A stretch of DNA of 59,862 bases, the filler included. It is 5 parts of 5 records of this genome, joined end to end, with 100 filler letters (N's around TTAATTAATTAA, not from the genome) between each part and the next. Parts side by side here need not be neighbours in the genome. Positions count along the whole stretch, not along the records: positions 19,899 to 43,961 come from SRR2962707_4632; 4 more parts are not named here. One strand, written 5' to 3'. Below, piece after piece: positions 30,603-39,710 of this stretch (the stretch's first letter is position 1; every line of letters starts with the position of its first letter). The notes under the pieces were generated by a model. The model was not told where the DNA came from. It ran no database searches and saw only the letters and a list, made by a program, of their open reading frames with translations. Position numbers and translations under genes: made by a program.

Positions 30603-31927
30603 TCAGCAGCCTCCGATAGCGCCGCAGATTGCAACGATATGCGCCCAGATTCATTTTCGACCTGCCATGGGCGCTTCACATTGCCGAGCTGCTCAGCCAC
30701 GGCCAATCCACTTTGAAGTCCGTCTTCATGGAAGCCATAACCGAAGTAACTACCGCAGTACCAAGTTTGCTGACGCCCCTGCATTGACCAAAGGTTTTTC
30801 TGCGCCTGCAACGCCTCTGCCGAGAAAACGGGATGATCATAATCAATAATTGCATCCACTGCTTTTGGATTAATTTCGCCCGATGGATTGAGCGTAACAA
30901 ATAAATTCGTATCTGTTTTTAGATGTTGAAGTTTGTTCATCCAGTAGGTTAAGCATAAATCTGCTTCAAAGCCGCTGCCGTTCTTTATGTAATTCCAACT
31001 CGTCCAAAGCGAACGACGCTTAGGCATCCAGCGGGTATCGCGGTGTAAAACGGCTCGGTTTTTTTGATAAGAGAAGGAACCAAGAAGATTGGTTTCTGAT
31101 GAATCAGCATCACCTAGAAGCTGCAATGCTTGGTCCGCATGGGTTGCGATAACCACTTGGTCATAGGATTCAATCAAACCTGATCTGTCGGAAATAAAAA
31201 CCTTTCCGGCACGGCGCACAATACGCTCGATAGGCGTGTCGCAACGAAATTCAAACGCACCATCAGCGATGATTTTGTCGACATAGTTTTTGCTACCACC
31301 TGTTACAGTGCGCCATGTCGGGCGGCCATCATATTGCAGCATGCCGTGGTTCGCATAAAAATCGATAAAGCCCTTTGCGGGGAAACCGCGCATCTCGTTC
31401 ATCGGCGTTGACCATATCGCTGCACCCATTGGCACAATATGGTTCTCCACAAAATCTTGTGAGTAGCGATCACCGCTTAAAAACTCGCCAAGAGTAATGG
31501 CTTCAGGAAAATCACCTATGCGATTTTGAGCTGTGCGAAAGAAGCGTCCAATTTCGCGCAATAATTTCCAATGCTTATAATTGACGATGTTGCGACGTTG
31601 ACCAAAATAGCCACCGACACTGTCGCCGGAATATTCATAGGCGCCGCCATTAAATGATAGCGCAAAGCCCATTTCTGTTTCTTGCGAAGACACGTGAAGA
31701 AGATCAAAAAGAGCTGTTAAATTCGGATAGTTTTTCTCGTTATAAACAATGAAACCCGTATCAACCGCAATAGTACCATCGGGAGTATCGACATTGAGCG
31801 TATTGGCATGGCCACCGGGCTTTGTACCGGCCTCTAGGAGCGTGACATGGTGTTCCTTCGACAATAACCAAGCTGCGGCTAGTCCCGATATTCCAGAGCC
31901 AACGACTGCAATATTTAATTTATCCAT
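30599..31927 (-). CDS. FAD-dependent oxidoreductase (RSP_1091/UfaD-like, amine-oxidase fold)
   Basis: IAVVGSGISGL, GGHANT, VDTGFIVYNEKNYPNL, IATHADQAL, GSYFGYGFHEDGLQSGL; overlaps the DUF1365 gene. Confidence 0.88.
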   Translation of the reverse strand: MDKLNIAVVGSGISGLAAAWLLSKEHHVTLLEAGTKPGGHANTLNVDTPDGTIAVDTGFIVYNEKNYPNLTALFDLLHVSSQETEMGFALSFNGGAYEYSGDSVGGYFGQRRNIVNYKHWKLLREIGRFFRTAQNRIGDFPEAITLGEFLSGDRYSQDFVENHIVPMGAAIWSTPMNEMRGFPAKGFIDFYANHGMLQYDGRPTWRTVTGGSKNYVDKIIADGAFEFRCDTPIERIVRRAGKVFISDRSGLIESYDQVVIATHADQALQLLGDADSSETNLLGSFSYQKNRAVLHRDTRWMPKRRSLWTSWNYIKNGSGFEADLCLTYWMNKLQHLKTDTNLFVTLNPSGEINPKAVDAIIDYDHPVFSAEALQAQKNLWSMQGRQQTWYCGSYFGYGFHEDGLQSGLAVAEQLGNVKRPWQVENESGRISLQSAALSEAAE

Positions 31928-31956
31928 TACAACTCCTGATAAGTAACTATATCAGA

Positions 31957-31982
31957 TACGTTGGGCATCTGTTTGTGGATCA
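31957..31982 (-). promoter_or_regulatory. sigmaE promoter for the oxidoreductase-DUF1365 operon
   Basis: Minus strand TGATCC-N15-ACGTA, about 30 nt upstream of ATG 31927. Confidence 0.8.
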
Positions 31983-32004
31983 CAAAATTAAAGTTTTAAA
32001 AAAG

Positions 32005-32030
32005 TGATCTAGAACTATCTGCGCCGCGTA
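32005..32030 (+). promoter_or_regulatory. sigmaE promoter for the DUF2177 gene
   Basis: TGATCT-N15-GCGTA, divergent from the previous promoter. Confidence 0.72.
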
Positions 32031-32072
32031 AAACAATAAGACAGAAAAAAATGAGAAATAGGGAAAAGCGTC

Positions 32073-32480
32073 ATGTTAAAATATATCGTCGCCTATGCTG
32101 CCACGGCCGCCGTATTTTTTACGATAGATTTTATATGGCTTAGCCGCGTAGCCCAGAAATTCTATGCAGACCAAATTGGCGCTCTATTGTTAGAAAAACC
32201 AAATATCGCCGCCGCCGCTGCTTTTTATCTCGTCTATATCGTTGGTATTATTATTTTCGCGGTCGCGCCCGCTATGAAATCGGGAAGCGCAAGTTATGCG
32301 CTTTTATTCGGCGCATTATTTGGATTTTTCGCATATGCGACATACGACATGACAAATTTTGCAACGCTCAAAAATTGGTCGCTCTATGTTGTCATCGTGG
32401 ATATTGCATGGGGAACATTTATTACCGGAATATCTGCCTATATTGGATACGCAATCACCCGCGTAAGCGGCGTTATTTAG
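32073..32480 (+). CDS. DUF2177 family membrane protein
   Basis: IDFIWL...FY, GALFGFFAYATYDMTNFATLKNW, VDIAWG. Confidence 0.85.
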   Translation: MLKYIVAYAATAAVFFTIDFIWLSRVAQKFYADQIGALLLEKPNIAAAAAFYLVYIVGIIIFAVAPAMKSGSASYALLFGALFGFFAYATYDMTNFATLKNWSLYVVIVDIAWGTFITGISAYIGYAITRVSGVI

Positions 32481-34885
32481 GACGCCGCTTTCTTAGAAGT
32501 ATTGCTGCGCTGTTCAAATGTGCGATCTTTCACCCAATTGATCAAAACATCGAGCGGTAAGCTTTTCGAATACAAGAAGCCCTGAAGCGTATGAATGCCG
32601 CTCTTAATTGCGCGTTCTTCATCTTCAAGTGTTTCCACACCTTCTGCGACCGTTTCACAGCCCAGCTTATCAGCCATCATGATAATGCACTGCATCATAG
32701 AATTAACACGGCTGTCATGACCCGCATTCGACACAACAGAGCGATCAATTTTAAGGAAATCGACAGGCAATTTACAAAGGCGTGCAAAGTTTGAATAACC
32801 CGTTCCAAAATCGTCCAGAGCAATTTTAAAACCAAGTACTTTCATCTCTTCGATGGTGCGAATGGTGTCAACTTCAGACAAGAACAGGCAATCTTCGGTG
32901 ATTTCAACTTGCATATCCGTTGGGTCAAAACCTTTCTGTTCAGCAATCGCTTTAAGCTTGGAAACAAAGCTCGGCGTTGAGAAATGATGTGATCCGACAT
33001 TAACCGCAACGGTCAAGTCGAGGCCTGCATCTTTCCAGATTTTGTGATCATCCATTGCTTTTGCGATAACCCACTCACCGAGCTGATTAATCACTGGTGA
33101 TTTCGTTATCGCTGGTATCCAGCGGTCTGGAGCCATGCGGCCAAACGTTGGATGGTTCCAGCGCACCAGCGCTTCTACGCCAGTTGCTACGCCATCGGCG
33201 CCGCGTATTTTTGGTTGATACTCCAACACAAGTTCATCATTGACGATTGCCAATTCAACCTGTGCACGTAGTTCCGAAGATGTCATCGTGCCAATGTCAG
33301 GACGATAAAGTTCGCCGCGGTTTTTGCCAGATTTCTTGGCGTGATACATCGCAATATCTGCGAGTTTGACAAGTTCGTCGAGTGTCTCGGCATCGTGAGG
33401 ATAACGCGCGCAGCCAAGGCTTGCGCCGCGTTTCACGTTGATCTCATGATTATCAGACGGTGCAGTTAACTCATTTTGCAATAGAATTAAGAAACGCTGC
33501 GCCTCAGATGGCGTTGCCAAACCTGGGAATAAAATTGCGAATTCATCGCCGCCAATTCTTGAGATAACCGGTTCAGGCATTGGTCCGCGAAAGCGATTTG
33601 TGTCAGCCGCCTGTTTTTTTACCGCAGACTTAAGCCGCGCCGTGCAATCAATGAGATATTGATCGCCCATACTGTGGCCGTAGACATCATTGACCTGCTT
33701 AAAATCATCCAAATCGACATAGATTAGGGCACCAGCACTGTTTTTTGAGCGACGGTTATCACCCAACACTTTCTCAGACATTTCGCGCAGTTTTTCGCGG
33801 TTAGGAAGCCCCGTCAAACTATCTTCATAGGCCATAGACCTGACACGTTCATTAGATGCCAAAACGCGCGCAACCATCTGATTATAATTAGAGACAATCT
33901 CCATATATTCGCTGAGAATAAAGCGCGTTGAAGTCCAGCGGAACTTGCGCAATGTGCTTTTGCGGCTGTTAGACTTGATAACGCTCAAAAATGTTTCGAT
34001 AGGTACCGTCAGCAGATTGACAAGAAAAGCGACAATCAATCCGCTAATACCAATGCCAAGAATTAGAACGAGTATTAGAATTTTCGTACTTTCATATGCC
34101 TTATTATAAAGCTCTGAAACTGGTTGCGGCACCATGATGCCCCAACCGGGACCTTTAATGGTTGCGAGACCCGCGATCATATCACCCTTTGTCGCTGGAG
34201 AATAAAACTTCTCAATCCCCGTCTCACCGTTCATGAGGCGAGCAACAGCAGAAACTTTTGAAAGATTTTTATGTTCTTTAACCCAATCTGGCTTTGGATG
34301 GGCGAGCACATTGCCTGCTGCATCAACGATGGCAGCATGACCATTTACACCAAAAGTAATAGTCTTACCGAGTTCGACAAAGTAGTTCGTTCCAACAAAT
34401 GCAATCGCAAGTTCATCGCCATATTGGCGTACGACCAGAATCGTATTTTCACCATTTTCCTGCATAATCACGTTCGAAAGTGTCGTCTCGTCGGCTTTAA
34501 TTGCGGCTTTGGCAGCATTTAGAATTTCAGCACTCACGCGCTTCGTGTCAGAAAAATGGCTCGCGTCTGTGCGCGATAGGATATCACCAGTCTTCGGATC
34601 AACTATTAATACGCAATCCATGTTGATGCTATTCATCAAAGAATGGAGGTTAGGCAGTGTTTGTCTGTGCAACAACGCAAGCGACATGGAATCAAACGTT
34701 GCAACAACGTCCACATAATACCGCTCGAGCGCGTGGCCCAAGTTTTGTGCAAGTAATAAATGCCGGTTCTTCACCTCATCGAACTCGCGCGCAACGCTGT
34801 GGTGATACGACACCACACCAAAAATGCTGGAAGGCACCAGTGTCGCGACGAGGAATGCAAATATAAGTACGGTTCTGATGTGCAT
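32477..34885 (-). CDS. Cache-type sensor / GGDEF / EAL bifunctional c-di-GMP enzyme (paralog 2)
   Basis: AYEDSLTGLPNR, DLDDFKQVNDVYGH, RIGGDEF; VEALVRW, DDFGTGYSNF; periplasmic region similar to 25063-27489. Confidence 0.9.
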   Translation of the reverse strand: MHIRTVLIFAFLVATLVPSSIFGVVSYHHSVAREFDEVKNRHLLLAQNLGHALERYYVDVVATFDSMSLALLHRQTLPNLHSLMNSINMDCVLIVDPKTGDILSRTDASHFSDTKRVSAEILNAAKAAIKADETTLSNVIMQENGENTILVVRQYGDELAIAFVGTNYFVELGKTITFGVNGHAAIVDAAGNVLAHPKPDWVKEHKNLSKVSAVARLMNGETGIEKFYSPATKGDMIAGLATIKGPGWGIMVPQPVSELYNKAYESTKILILVLILGIGISGLIVAFLVNLLTVPIETFLSVIKSNSRKSTLRKFRWTSTRFILSEYMEIVSNYNQMVARVLASNERVRSMAYEDSLTGLPNREKLREMSEKVLGDNRRSKNSAGALIYVDLDDFKQVNDVYGHSMGDQYLIDCTARLKSAVKKQAADTNRFRGPMPEPVISRIGGDEFAILFPGLATPSEAQRFLILLQNELTAPSDNHEINVKRGASLGCARYPHDAETLDELVKLADIAMYHAKKSGKNRGELYRPDIGTMTSSELRAQVELAIVNDELVLEYQPKIRGADGVATGVEALVRWNHPTFGRMAPDRWIPAITKSPVINQLGEWVIAKAMDDHKIWKDAGLDLTVAVNVGSHHFSTPSFVSKLKAIAEQKGFDPTDMQVEITEDCLFLSEVDTIRTIEEMKVLGFKIALDDFGTGYSNFARLCKLPVDFLKIDRSVVSNAGHDSRVNSMMQCIIMMADKLGCETVAEGVETLEDEERAIKSGIHTLQGFLYSKSLPLDVLINWVKDRTFEQRSNTSKKAAS

Positions 34886-34969
34886 TGTTAGGCTCCGGAG
34901 TAGAAGACACAATGCTGGATTTTAGTTTATATTCTGTGAATCCATTAATCAGTGTAATTTTCGGCTGCG

Positions 34970-37165
34970 CTATATTTGTACAGCCCGCTTTGCTGCCCGT
35001 GACGACATCACAATAACAGCGATAACACACGCTGCTCCAGCCAAATTTGCACCCCAATTAAGTGGCCAATAGCTGCCGACTGCTCCCCCAATAACAAGCG
35101 CATAGATAAAGGGCGTAAGCGGGCCTTCACTGTATCGTTGGATCAGAACATTAGTCGCATATATGCCAAACAAACCAAAAAAGCCGATCTGCAATATTTC
35201 GGCCAAGCTGCCTGTAATGAGGGGCGTATAAGCAAACATCAGCGGAACGATGTAGAGACCCTTTGCTATTTTCCACGATTCAAAACCCGTTGCCATCGGC
35301 TTGGAGCCTGCAATGCCCGCAGCCGTAAATGCAGCCAGACATACGGGCGGCGTGACGTTGCTGTCTTGGCTAAGCCAGAAAATAATAAGATGGGCTGTCA
35401 GCAGGAATGAGGCCAATATATCCGGATCAACCATTAAAGGGCGCACTGTGATCGCCAATTCAAATGGCATCGCCGCCATGAGCGCCACAGCCTCTTCGCG
35501 CGCCATGCCTACGGCAACTTTTGCGGCGTGCGGACTATCCACCAACATAAAGAAAGCCGATTGCGCGGGGTCTTTAATGCCATTCATAAGCTGCTCAATG
35601 ATGATGCTATCAGACAAGATCCCTGCGAGCGCTGGTGCGGTCAAAATCGCTAGAATAATATAGGCCGCGGTAACTGGCAGGCCCATACCGAGGACAAGCG
35701 AAGCCAAACCAATCAGCAAAATAGCGACAACGAGTGAGCCGCCTGACCATTGTGCAATCATCAACGAGAAGCCATTGCCGATGCCGCTTGTGACAATTGC
35801 GTTATTCATGATGCCGATAGAAACAAGTAAAATACCGGTCATGATCGAAGAACGCGTACCAATTAGTAACGCCTCGGAGATTTTCGTCGGCCCCATATGT
35901 ATGGGCGCAAATTTATCTTTACCGATAATTTTGCCTGCAATTGACGTAAACCACGAGACAACGATCAACGTTAAAATAGCCCACGACGCCGCGTAGCTAG
36001 GGGTAACGCCGGTCATCAAAAGATAGATCATAACGGCTAATGGCAAAATGAATGCGAGACCACCCGACACTAGTTTGCCCTTGTTTACGACCAAATCAAT
36101 GCCGTCACCAACATGGTGTTTCATTGATTCAATGCGCACGATGAACGCGACAGATAAAAAGTACAAAATTGCCGGAACGATGGAAACCATAACAATGGTT
36201 GAATAAGGAATAGACGTGTAGCTCGCCATAACAAAAGCGCCTGCGCCCATAATCGGCGGCATAAGCTGCCCGCCGGTCGATGCTGCAGCTTCGACACCGG
36301 CAGCAAATTGCGGACGAAACCCATTTGATTTCATCAAGGGAATAGTGATCACACCGGTAGAGGCCGTGTTGGCGATGGCCGAGCCGCTAATCGTTCCCGT
36401 AAGCGCAGACGAAAGAACAGCAACGAAAGCAGCACCGCCGCGCACGCGCCCCGCCACAACTTTGGATAGTTCAATCACAAAATCGCTGGCACCAGAAGCA
36501 ACCAGAAAACCGCCAAAAATCATAAAGAGCGTAATATTGGTTGAAGAGATACTCGCCAAAATGCCGAATATGCCTTCATCATTGTAAAGAGTTCTAAAAA
36601 GAACATCATTTGGCGGCAGACTTGCCGCGCGGAAAACGCCAGGCAAATAACCGCCTAGAAACAAAATATAAGATAGCGATAAGATAATAAGGATAGGGAT
36701 AACCCACCCTGCAACACGTCGAGACAGGTCAAGCGCGGCGAAGATTAGCAGCAGGCCAGCGGCCCAATCCACAAATGTGAACTGCCAAGATTGACCCGTA
36801 ACCGCTAGTGTTCGCTCATAGATTCCATTCTCTGCATAAGCCACCCAAAGCGCCGCGGCAGCGACTAAAAGTCCGTAAGAGAAATCGACAATTGCTGCCA
36901 ACCTCGTGTCGGCTTTTTTCCCAAATGGGCTGATGGTTACCGCAGCCAGAAATGCAAATCCGGCAAAATGGATCGCATTTTGCCACAGTCCAGGCTCATT
37001 GAGCCAAATGTTCGTCGCGATGTGCCAAAGTGCAAACAAGACGGCAAATGCAACAACGCACATCCGCAGCCAATTACCATTCATCGGCGATGGCTCCAGC
37101 CAATGCTCACGTGTGAGCCCGTCTGTCTTAATGTTATGATCAATAGTGCTCGCGATATTAGACAT
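34970..37165 (-). CDS. TRAP transporter fused 4TM/12TM permease (TAXI type)
   Basis: GTISGSAIAN, EAAASTGGQLMPPIMGAGAFVM, LGMGLPVTAAY, SNVTPPVCLAAF. Confidence 0.93.
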   Translation of the reverse strand: MSNIASTIDHNIKTDGLTREHWLEPSPMNGNWLRMCVVAFAVLFALWHIATNIWLNEPGLWQNAIHFAGFAFLAAVTISPFGKKADTRLAAIVDFSYGLLVAAAALWVAYAENGIYERTLAVTGQSWQFTFVDWAAGLLLIFAALDLSRRVAGWVIPILIILSLSYILFLGGYLPGVFRAASLPPNDVLFRTLYNDEGIFGILASISSTNITLFMIFGGFLVASGASDFVIELSKVVAGRVRGGAAFVAVLSSALTGTISGSAIANTASTGVITIPLMKSNGFRPQFAAGVEAAASTGGQLMPPIMGAGAFVMASYTSIPYSTIVMVSIVPAILYFLSVAFIVRIESMKHHVGDGIDLVVNKGKLVSGGLAFILPLAVMIYLLMTGVTPSYAASWAILTLIVVSWFTSIAGKIIGKDKFAPIHMGPTKISEALLIGTRSSIMTGILLVSIGIMNNAIVTSGIGNGFSLMIAQWSGGSLVVAILLIGLASLVLGMGLPVTAAYIILAILTAPALAGILSDSIIIEQLMNGIKDPAQSAFFMLVDSPHAAKVAVGMAREEAVALMAAMPFELAITVRPLMVDPDILASFLLTAHLIIFWLSQDSNVTPPVCLAAFTAAGIAGSKPMATGFESWKIAKGLYIVPLMFAYTPLITGSLAEILQIGFFGLFGIYATNVLIQRYSEGPLTPFIYALVIGGAVGSYWPLNWGANLAGAACVIAVIVMSSRAAKRAVQI

Positions 37166-37206
37166 GCGAAATCATCCAGCTCTTAGGTTTGGCTACATAA
37201 ATCTAT

Positions 37207-37226
37207 GGCGGAGGTTTCCCTCCGCC
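37207..37226 (-). terminator. Intercistronic hairpin between the TAXI and permease genes
   Basis: GGCGGAGG-tttc-CCTCCGCC perfect 8-bp stem. Confidence 0.5.
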
Positions 37227-37245
37227 TTAAAAATCGAAAGTTAAA

Positions 37246-38247
37246 TTACTTCGGCATTAGATGCGCAGGAATTTCCAAACCGATTTCCTGATAGTAGCGC
37301 ACGGCACCAGGGTGCAGCGGTACCGGCAAACCACCCATTGCTTTTTCAATCGCCATCGCTTTTGTTGCCGGATGAATAGCGGTCAAAAAGCCAAGGTTTT
37401 CATAGATTGTTTTTGTCAACAGGTAGACGTGGTTTTCATCGACACTTGCATTCACGGCCAAGAAATTCGGCTGTGCAATTGTGTTGATATCTTTTGCTTG
37501 GCCCGGATAAGTGCCAGCGGCAATGTTAAATGGAACCCATAGATTGCGGCCACCGTCCATCTGCTTCAATTCATCATCGGTAACATCAAGAACAGTAAAC
37601 TTACCTTCGTTTGAAGCCATCAACTTTGTAATTGCGCCCGTTGGCACGCCAGCAGGAATACCCGCAGCAACGGCTTGACCATTGGCCATCGCATCGGTGG
37701 TCGGACCATATCCACCATAAAGGAGGTCATAATCCTTATTAATATCAATGCCTAAGCCCGATAGAAGCACTTCGTTAGAACCAAGCGTACCAGAGTTCTG
37801 GCTACCCAAACCAACTGTCATGCCCTTTACGCCAAGCATGTCGCTGACTGTGCCTTTAGGTGCTTTATCAGCAGCAATAACAAACTGCTCCACATTCTGC
37901 CAGAGCATCGTGATCGAACGAATATTCGTTTGTGGCTCAGTGATTGGGCCAGTACCTGTCAAAGCGTAAGAACCATAAAGGCCTTGCAAAATCGAGAAAT
38001 CGGCAGTGCCTGCACCCATTGCTTGAATATTAGCGCCAGAACCTGCTGAGTTAACTGCAGTCAGACTAAACCCTTCTGAAGGCAACAGTTTAATTTTTGT
38101 CAGTGTTGAAAGAGCTGTACCAACGGGGTGATAAGTGCCGCCCGTCGAAGCTGTGTTGAGCACGTAATCTTTAGCGTCTTGTGCAAATGAAACGCTTGCC
38201 GTCAACGCCATAACAACGCCGGCAGCCAAAGCTGTCAGTTTCTTCAT
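37246..38247 (-). CDS. TAXI family TRAP solute-binding protein
   Basis: RBS GGAGG, signal peptide, TASTGGTYHPVG, SAGSGAN, IAAGTYPGQ, PLHPGAVRYYQE. Confidence 0.93.
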   Translation of the reverse strand: MKKLTALAAGVVMALTASVSFAQDAKDYVLNTASTGGTYHPVGTALSTLTKIKLLPSEGFSLTAVNSAGSGANIQAMGAGTADFSILQGLYGSYALTGTGPITEPQTNIRSITMLWQNVEQFVIAADKAPKGTVSDMLGVKGMTVGLGSQNSGTLGSNEVLLSGLGIDINKDYDLLYGGYGPTTDAMANGQAVAAGIPAGVPTGAITKLMASNEGKFTVLDVTDDELKQMDGGRNLWVPFNIAAGTYPGQAKDINTIAQPNFLAVNASVDENHVYLLTKTIYENLGFLTAIHPATKAMAIEKAMGGLPVPLHPGAVRYYQEIGLEIPAHLMPK

Positions 38248-38329
38248 ATTAACCTCCCAATAAAGTGCCGAATCCCCCGGCGACTGCACAAACCTTATCC
38301 AGTCCAGCTAAGCGGGCCTATGAAGAATT

Positions 38330-38367
38330 TTGCGCATTACGCAACATTACCCTGCGGAATTCCGCAG
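38330..38367. promoter_or_regulatory. Tandem DctD-like operator sites upstream of the TAXI gene
   Basis: TTGCG-catta-CGCAA (38330-38344) and the perfect palindrome CTGCGGAATTCCGCAG (38352-38367), similar to rhizobial DctD UAS TGCGGnnnnCCGCA. Confidence 0.65.
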
Positions 38368-38369
38368 AC

Positions 38370-39710
38370 CTATGATTGAAGCAATTCGTTCTTGTCGAGA
38401 CCTAATTTAACGATTTTTTCGTTTAATGTGCGTCGCCCAATGCCCAGCGCTGTCGCGACATCATCCATCCGGCCACCATGATCAACCAATGCCTTTGCGA
38501 TCAGCTCGCGTTCAAACGATGCCACCGCTTCGCGCAAAGTTTCGGGCGTATCTTTCGCCAATCTACGGTTAGCAAGTACATCGCGTACAGAAGCAACCTC
38601 CCGCCTGTTAGCTAATATATGACGCTCACAAACATTGCGCAGTTCACGCACATTGCCTGGCCACTCATAGGCAATCAAAGCCGCAATATCGCTTGATGTG
38701 AGCTCAGGTGCGGTCACCTCGTATGTCGACGCAAAGATATTCAAATAGTGGGTATAGATGGTCGAAATATCATCGCGCAGCTCACGAAGGGCCGGCAATT
38801 TAAGCATCACTGTATTGAGGCGGAAAAACAAATCTTCGCGAAAATCACCATTGGCAACCATTTCCTCAAGCCGCTCATTACCCGCGGATAAAATGCGTAT
38901 ATTGGCTTTCTTGAGTTCTGACGAATTAACCGGCGTAAACTCTCTAGTTTCAATAACGCGCAGCAATTTGGCTTGTGTTTCAGCGGGTATCGCGCCGAGC
39001 TCATCAATAAAAATCGTGCCCCCTTCGGCCTGAACCATCAAGCCATGGGGATATTCAACGGTACCAAAAAGTGTTTCTTCAAATTTAGCCACAGGCACTG
39101 CGGCACAGTTAAGCGCAATAAATGGACCCTCCGAGCGCGGCCCTAAATCATGCAAGGCACGCGCAACAATCTCCTTGCCGGTTCCAGTCTCCCCGAGCAG
39201 CATAACACTTGCCGAAACACTACTTAGATCGACAATATCTGCGCGCAAATTTTCAATTGATTTGGTCTTGCCGATCAACACACGATCAAGACCCGACAGT
39301 TTCGCAAGCCGATCTTTTAACCGCTGAGTGTTCTGTGAAAGGCGGTTGAGCTGCGCGGCATTTTCCAGCAGTTTAAGCAATCGACGCGGATCAAATGGCT
39401 TTTCCAGAAAGCTGTAAGCCCCCGCTTGGATGGCGTTTACCGCCATCGCGATATCACCATGGGCAGACATAAGAACAATCGGCACCTTGCTTTTTTCTTT
39501 CAGCTCGGCCTGCAACTCTATGCCTGTTTTTCCAGGCATTCTCACATCGCACAATAGAACATCCGTCCCTTGTGCATCCATCCGCGCCAACACATTGTCT
39601 GGACCGCTTAGACACTCAACTTCAAAACCACCTTTGCCAAGCAAATGAACAAGCGAATCCCTCATTGCCTTGTCGTCATCAATGACCATAATGCGATAGG
39701 CAGCGTTCAT
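38370..39710 (-). CDS. DctD/NtrC-family response regulator lacking the GAFTGA motif
   Basis: REC (DDD, DVRMPG), Walker A GETGTGKE, Walker B IFIDE, FREDLFFRL, WPGNVREL, Fis-type HTH; LFG is followed by TVEYPHG instead of GAFTGA. Confidence 0.9.
   Translation of the reverse strand: MNAAYRIMVIDDDKAMRDSLVHLLGKGGFEVECLSGPDNVLARMDAQGTDVLLCDVRMPGKTGIELQAELKEKSKVPIVLMSAHGDIAMAVNAIQAGAYSFLEKPFDPRRLLKLLENAAQLNRLSQNTQRLKDRLAKLSGLDRVLIGKTKSIENLRADIVDLSSVSASVMLLGETGTGKEIVARALHDLGPRSEGPFIALNCAAVPVAKFEETLFGTVEYPHGLMVQAEGGTIFIDELGAIPAETQAKLLRVIETREFTPVNSSELKKANIRILSAGNERLEEMVANGDFREDLFFRLNTVMLKLPALRELRDDISTIYTHYLNIFASTYEVTAPELTSSDIAALIAYEWPGNVRELRNVCERHILANRREVASVRDVLANRRLAKDTPETLREAVASFERELIAKALVDHGGRMDDVATALGIGRRTLNEKIVKLGLDKNELLQS

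Noticed and set aside
38255..38273. CGGCACTTTATTGG resembling a sigma54 promoter for the TAXI gene
   Set aside because: Lacks GC at -12 and overlaps the RBS
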